A stretch of DNA of 64,000 bases from Oxalobacteraceae bacterium (GTDB lineage Bacteria > Pseudomonadota > Gammaproteobacteria > Burkholderiales > Burkholderiaceae_D): positions 77,221-141,220 of the forward strand of contig CANFLV010000004.1 in the NCBI GenBank assembly GCA_947448025.1, written 5' to 3'. The notes below the pieces were generated by a model. It saw only the letters and a program-made list of their open reading frames with translations, did not search any database and was not told the DNA's origin. Position numbers and translations under genes: made by a program. Position 1 is the first letter of the stretch; every line of letters starts with the position of its first letter. This document shows positions 61,782 through 64,000 of the stretch, piece by piece.

Positions 61782-64000
61782 TCAATCGCGGGTTTCGACT
61801 TGCTGCAATGGTTCTTCAACGACGACGGCGCGGACCTTGCGGCTGCGCGGTACATGCGCTACCGGAGCAGCCTGCGCTGCAGCTTCTTGTGCTGCGCGCA
61901 GCTTTTCCGGATCGGTCGCTGCCAGCGTCAAGCCAGCGGCGCCCAACATGGCATCGATTGCTTCGACTGGCATTGGGGCTGCTAACACAGGCGCTGGTGC
62001 AGGCACGGCGACCGCTGCAATGACTGGCGCTTGTGCTACTTCAACTGCGACCGGCGCGGCTTCTGGGACTGGTGCGCTAATGACTTCAGCAGGGGCAACG
62101 ATTGCCGGAGCGACTTCGATCATAGCTTCGACCACGGCTGCAACAGGCGCAGCTTCGACAACGGTCTCAACTACGGCCGGCGCAGCGACGACGGCGACGA
62201 CTTCTGCCGGAGCGACTTCGACGGCAGCGACTTCAACGACAGGCGCGTCAGCGACGTGGACGACGTGGGCAACTTCAGCTACCGGCGCAGGGGCAGGCTC
62301 CACGATGAACACAGCTGGTGCAACTGGTGCTGCGTGCTCAACTGGGGCGCTCGCTTCAACAGTGACGGCTTCAGTGCCGGTGTGGGCTACACCCGACTCG
62401 GCTGCCTGATCTGCAGAATCTGCAGACTCGGCAATCTCGTTACCTTCGCGATCACGACGGCTGCGATTACGGCCGCCACGACGACGACGACGGCGTGGCT
62501 CGTCACCATTCTGTTCCGATGCTTCGCCTTCCGGGCCGGCTGACATGAGTTCATTGTCATGCGCTGGCTCAGCGGCTACGGCGATGCTGGCAACAGCGGC
62601 AGTGGCAGCGACGACAGCAGCGCCTTCAGCGACCGGTGTCGATTTGACCAGCAGTTCTTCCCATGCGGCTGGCGTGCTTTCCTTGCTGCGCTCTTCGCGT
62701 GGTGGACGTGGTGGCCGCTCGGCGCGTTGACGGCCTTCGCCGGCTTCACGTGATTCTCTCGCTTCTTTTGGCTCGCGCGGCTCTTTCGGCTCACGTGGCT
62801 CACGCGGTGGGCGTGGCGGACGGGCTGGCTGGGCGACGGCTTCGGCGACCTTGACGGTCTCTTCCGGCGCGCCATCTTCCTTGTCGCGACCACGGCCACG
62901 ACCACGGGTACGCTGGCCACGGCCAGTGCCGGTGCGATCGTTGCGTTCACGCTGCTGCTTAGGCTTTTCTTCGACCACGACTGGGGCTGGGACCGGCGCG
63001 ACTGGCTTGGCGCGGAACAGTCCAAACAGACGGCTCAGGAAGCCTTCATTGCTGGCCACGACGACGGGCTCGGCGACCGGCTCGGGGGCGACCTTGCGCT
63101 CCACGATCGGCGCCGGCTGATCAGGCGTGATGCCCTTGACGACGGCTTCCTGGCGCGGCTTGCTTTCTTCTTTCTGGCGCTTGCTGTAGCTGATGTCGGT
63201 TTCCGCTTCTTCGGCCATGGCGTAGCTGGCATGCACTTCCTCGAGGCGCGGATCGTCGTGCTTGATGCGCTCGAGCTTGTAATGCGGCGTTTCCAGATGC
63301 TTGTTCGGAATCATGATGATGCTGACGCGATGACGCGTTTCGATCTTCAGGATTTCGCCACGCTTTTCGTTCAACAGGAAAGCGGCCACATCGACTGGCG
63401 CCTGAATGTGGATCGCGGCGGAATTTTCCTTCATCGCCTCTTCCTGGATGATGCGCAGGACTTGCAGGGCGGACGATTCCGTATCGCGGATATGGCCGGT
63501 GCCGTTGCAGCGCGGGCAGGTCACATGGCTGCCTTCGGACAGGGAAGGGCGCAGGCGCTGGCGCGACAGTTCCATCAGGCCGAAGCGCGAGATCTTGCCC
63601 ATCTGGACGCGGGCGCGGTCGAAATGCAGGGCGTCTTTCAGGCGGGTTTCCACCTCGCGCTGATTCTTGGCGTTCTCCATGTCGATGAAGTCGATGACGA
63701 TCAGGCCGCCGAGATCGCGAAGGCGCAATTGACGGGCGACTTCTTCGGCAGCTTCGCAGTTCGTGTTGAAGGCGGTCGTCTCGATATCACTGCCGCGGGT
63801 GGCGCGCGCCGAGTTGACGTCGACGGAGACCAGCGCTTCAGTATGGTCGATCACGATCGCGCCGCCGGAAGGCAAAGGCACGGTACGCGAGTAAGCGGTT
63901 TCAATCTGGTGTTCGATCTGGAAACGTGAGAACAGCGGCACGTCATCACGATAACGCTTCACACGATGCACCATGTCCGGCATCACGTGGCTCATGAACT
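61782..64000 (-). CDS. rne: Ribonuclease E, C-terminal two-thirds (gene continues beyond the right edge)
   Basis: The frame is open to the window end. It contains catalytic-domain segments ([40 protein letters not shown] zinc link), followed by an Arg-rich and Ala/Val/Glu/Pro-rich low-complexity scaffold region. Confidence 0.9.
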   Translation of the reverse strand, partial: FMSHVMPDMVHRVKRYRDDVPLFSRFQIEHQIETAYSRTVPLPSGGAIVIDHTEALVSVDVNSARATRGSDIETTAFNTNCEAAEEVARQLRLRDLGGLIVIDFIDMENAKNQREVETRLKDALHFDRARVQMGKISRFGLMELSRQRLRPSLSEGSHVTCPRCNGTGHIRDTESSALQVLRIIQEEAMKENSAAIHIQAPVDVAAFLLNEKRGEILKIETRHRVSIIMIPNKHLETPHYKLERIKHDDPRLEEVHASYAMAEEAETDISYSKRQKEESKPRQEAVVKGITPDQPAPIVERKVAPEPVAEPVVVASNEGFLSRLFGLFRAKPVAPVPAPVVVEEKPKQQRERNDRTGTGRGQRTRGRGRGRDKEDGAPEETVKVAEAVAQPARPPRPPREPREPKEPREPKEARESREAGEGRQRAERPPRPPREERSKESTPAAWEELLVKSTPVAEGAAVVAATAAVASIAVAAEPAHDNELMSAGPEGEASEQNGDEPRRRRRRGGRNRSRRDREGNEIAESADSADQAAESGVAHTGTEAVTVEASAPVEHAAPVAPAVFIVEPAPAPVAEVAHVVHVADAPVVEVAAVEVAPAEVVAVVAAPAVVETVVEAAPVAAVVEAMIEVAPAIVAPAEVISAPVPEAAPVAVEVAQAPVIAAVAVPAPAPVLAAPMPVEAIDAMLGAAGLTLAATDPEKLRAAQEAAAQAAPVAHVPRSRKVRAVVVEEPLQQVETRD

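Noticed and set aside
61720-62409. 229-aa + strand ORF rich in Ala/Thr/Gly/Ser.
   Set aside because: It is antisense to the low-complexity C-terminal region of rne and is a composition artefact.

Overview
High-GC betaproteobacterial chromosomal segment. The Burkholderiales / Oxalobacteraceae-like assignment is inferred only from gene content and order. Layout from left to right: (1) 0.3-2.8 kb, a small SDR - TetR - patatin-lipoprotein operon. (2) 3.1-21.3 kb, an aerobic benzoyl-CoA (box) catabolic cluster: HAAT-type ABC importer, hydrolase, benzoate-CoA ligase, boxD, a small cupin-like ORF, boxR, boxCBA, and three beta-oxidation-type genes. It ends abruptly at a truncated MaoC-like remnant. 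(3) 21.5-25.3 kb, a visibly AT-richer patch around an initiator tRNA-Met, holding orphan genes: a 232-aa unknown, a DsbA/HCCA-isomerase-like protein, a small HTH protein and two ~67-aa ORFs. No integrase is present. (4) 25.3-27.8 kb, a YbbP-like fused FtsX permease with no adjacent ATPase. (5) 28-54.4 kb, a Wzx/Wzy-dependent exopolysaccharide locus in two convergent operons. The plus strand carries wza, wzc, two tandem FemAB/CelD-like acyltransferases, a GMC oxidoreductase, galE and three GH16 modules in two lipoproteins. The minus strand carries the priming transferase, galU, fcl, wzy, wzx, six glycosyltransferases and a deacetylase. (6) 54.7-56.5 kb, glbO and rmuC. (7) 56.5-57.3 kb, a repeat-dense 850-bp intergenic region: two inverted 117-bp terminator-bearing repeats with compensatory substitutions, two long hairpins and an 18-bp tandem array. 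(8) 57.3-61.7 kb, a chrA-moaA-mobA-moeA operon. (9) The 3' two-thirds of rne. I see no complete known defence system, CRISPR array, transposase or integrase. The most unexplained pieces are the rmuC/moeA intergenic repeat locus, the orphan genes next to tRNA-fMet, the CTATAG-centred palindromes in the box cluster, and the FemAB-FemAB-GMC-GH16 decoration/turnover block of the EPS locus. All product calls come from reading the translated ORFs by eye; no database search was run.
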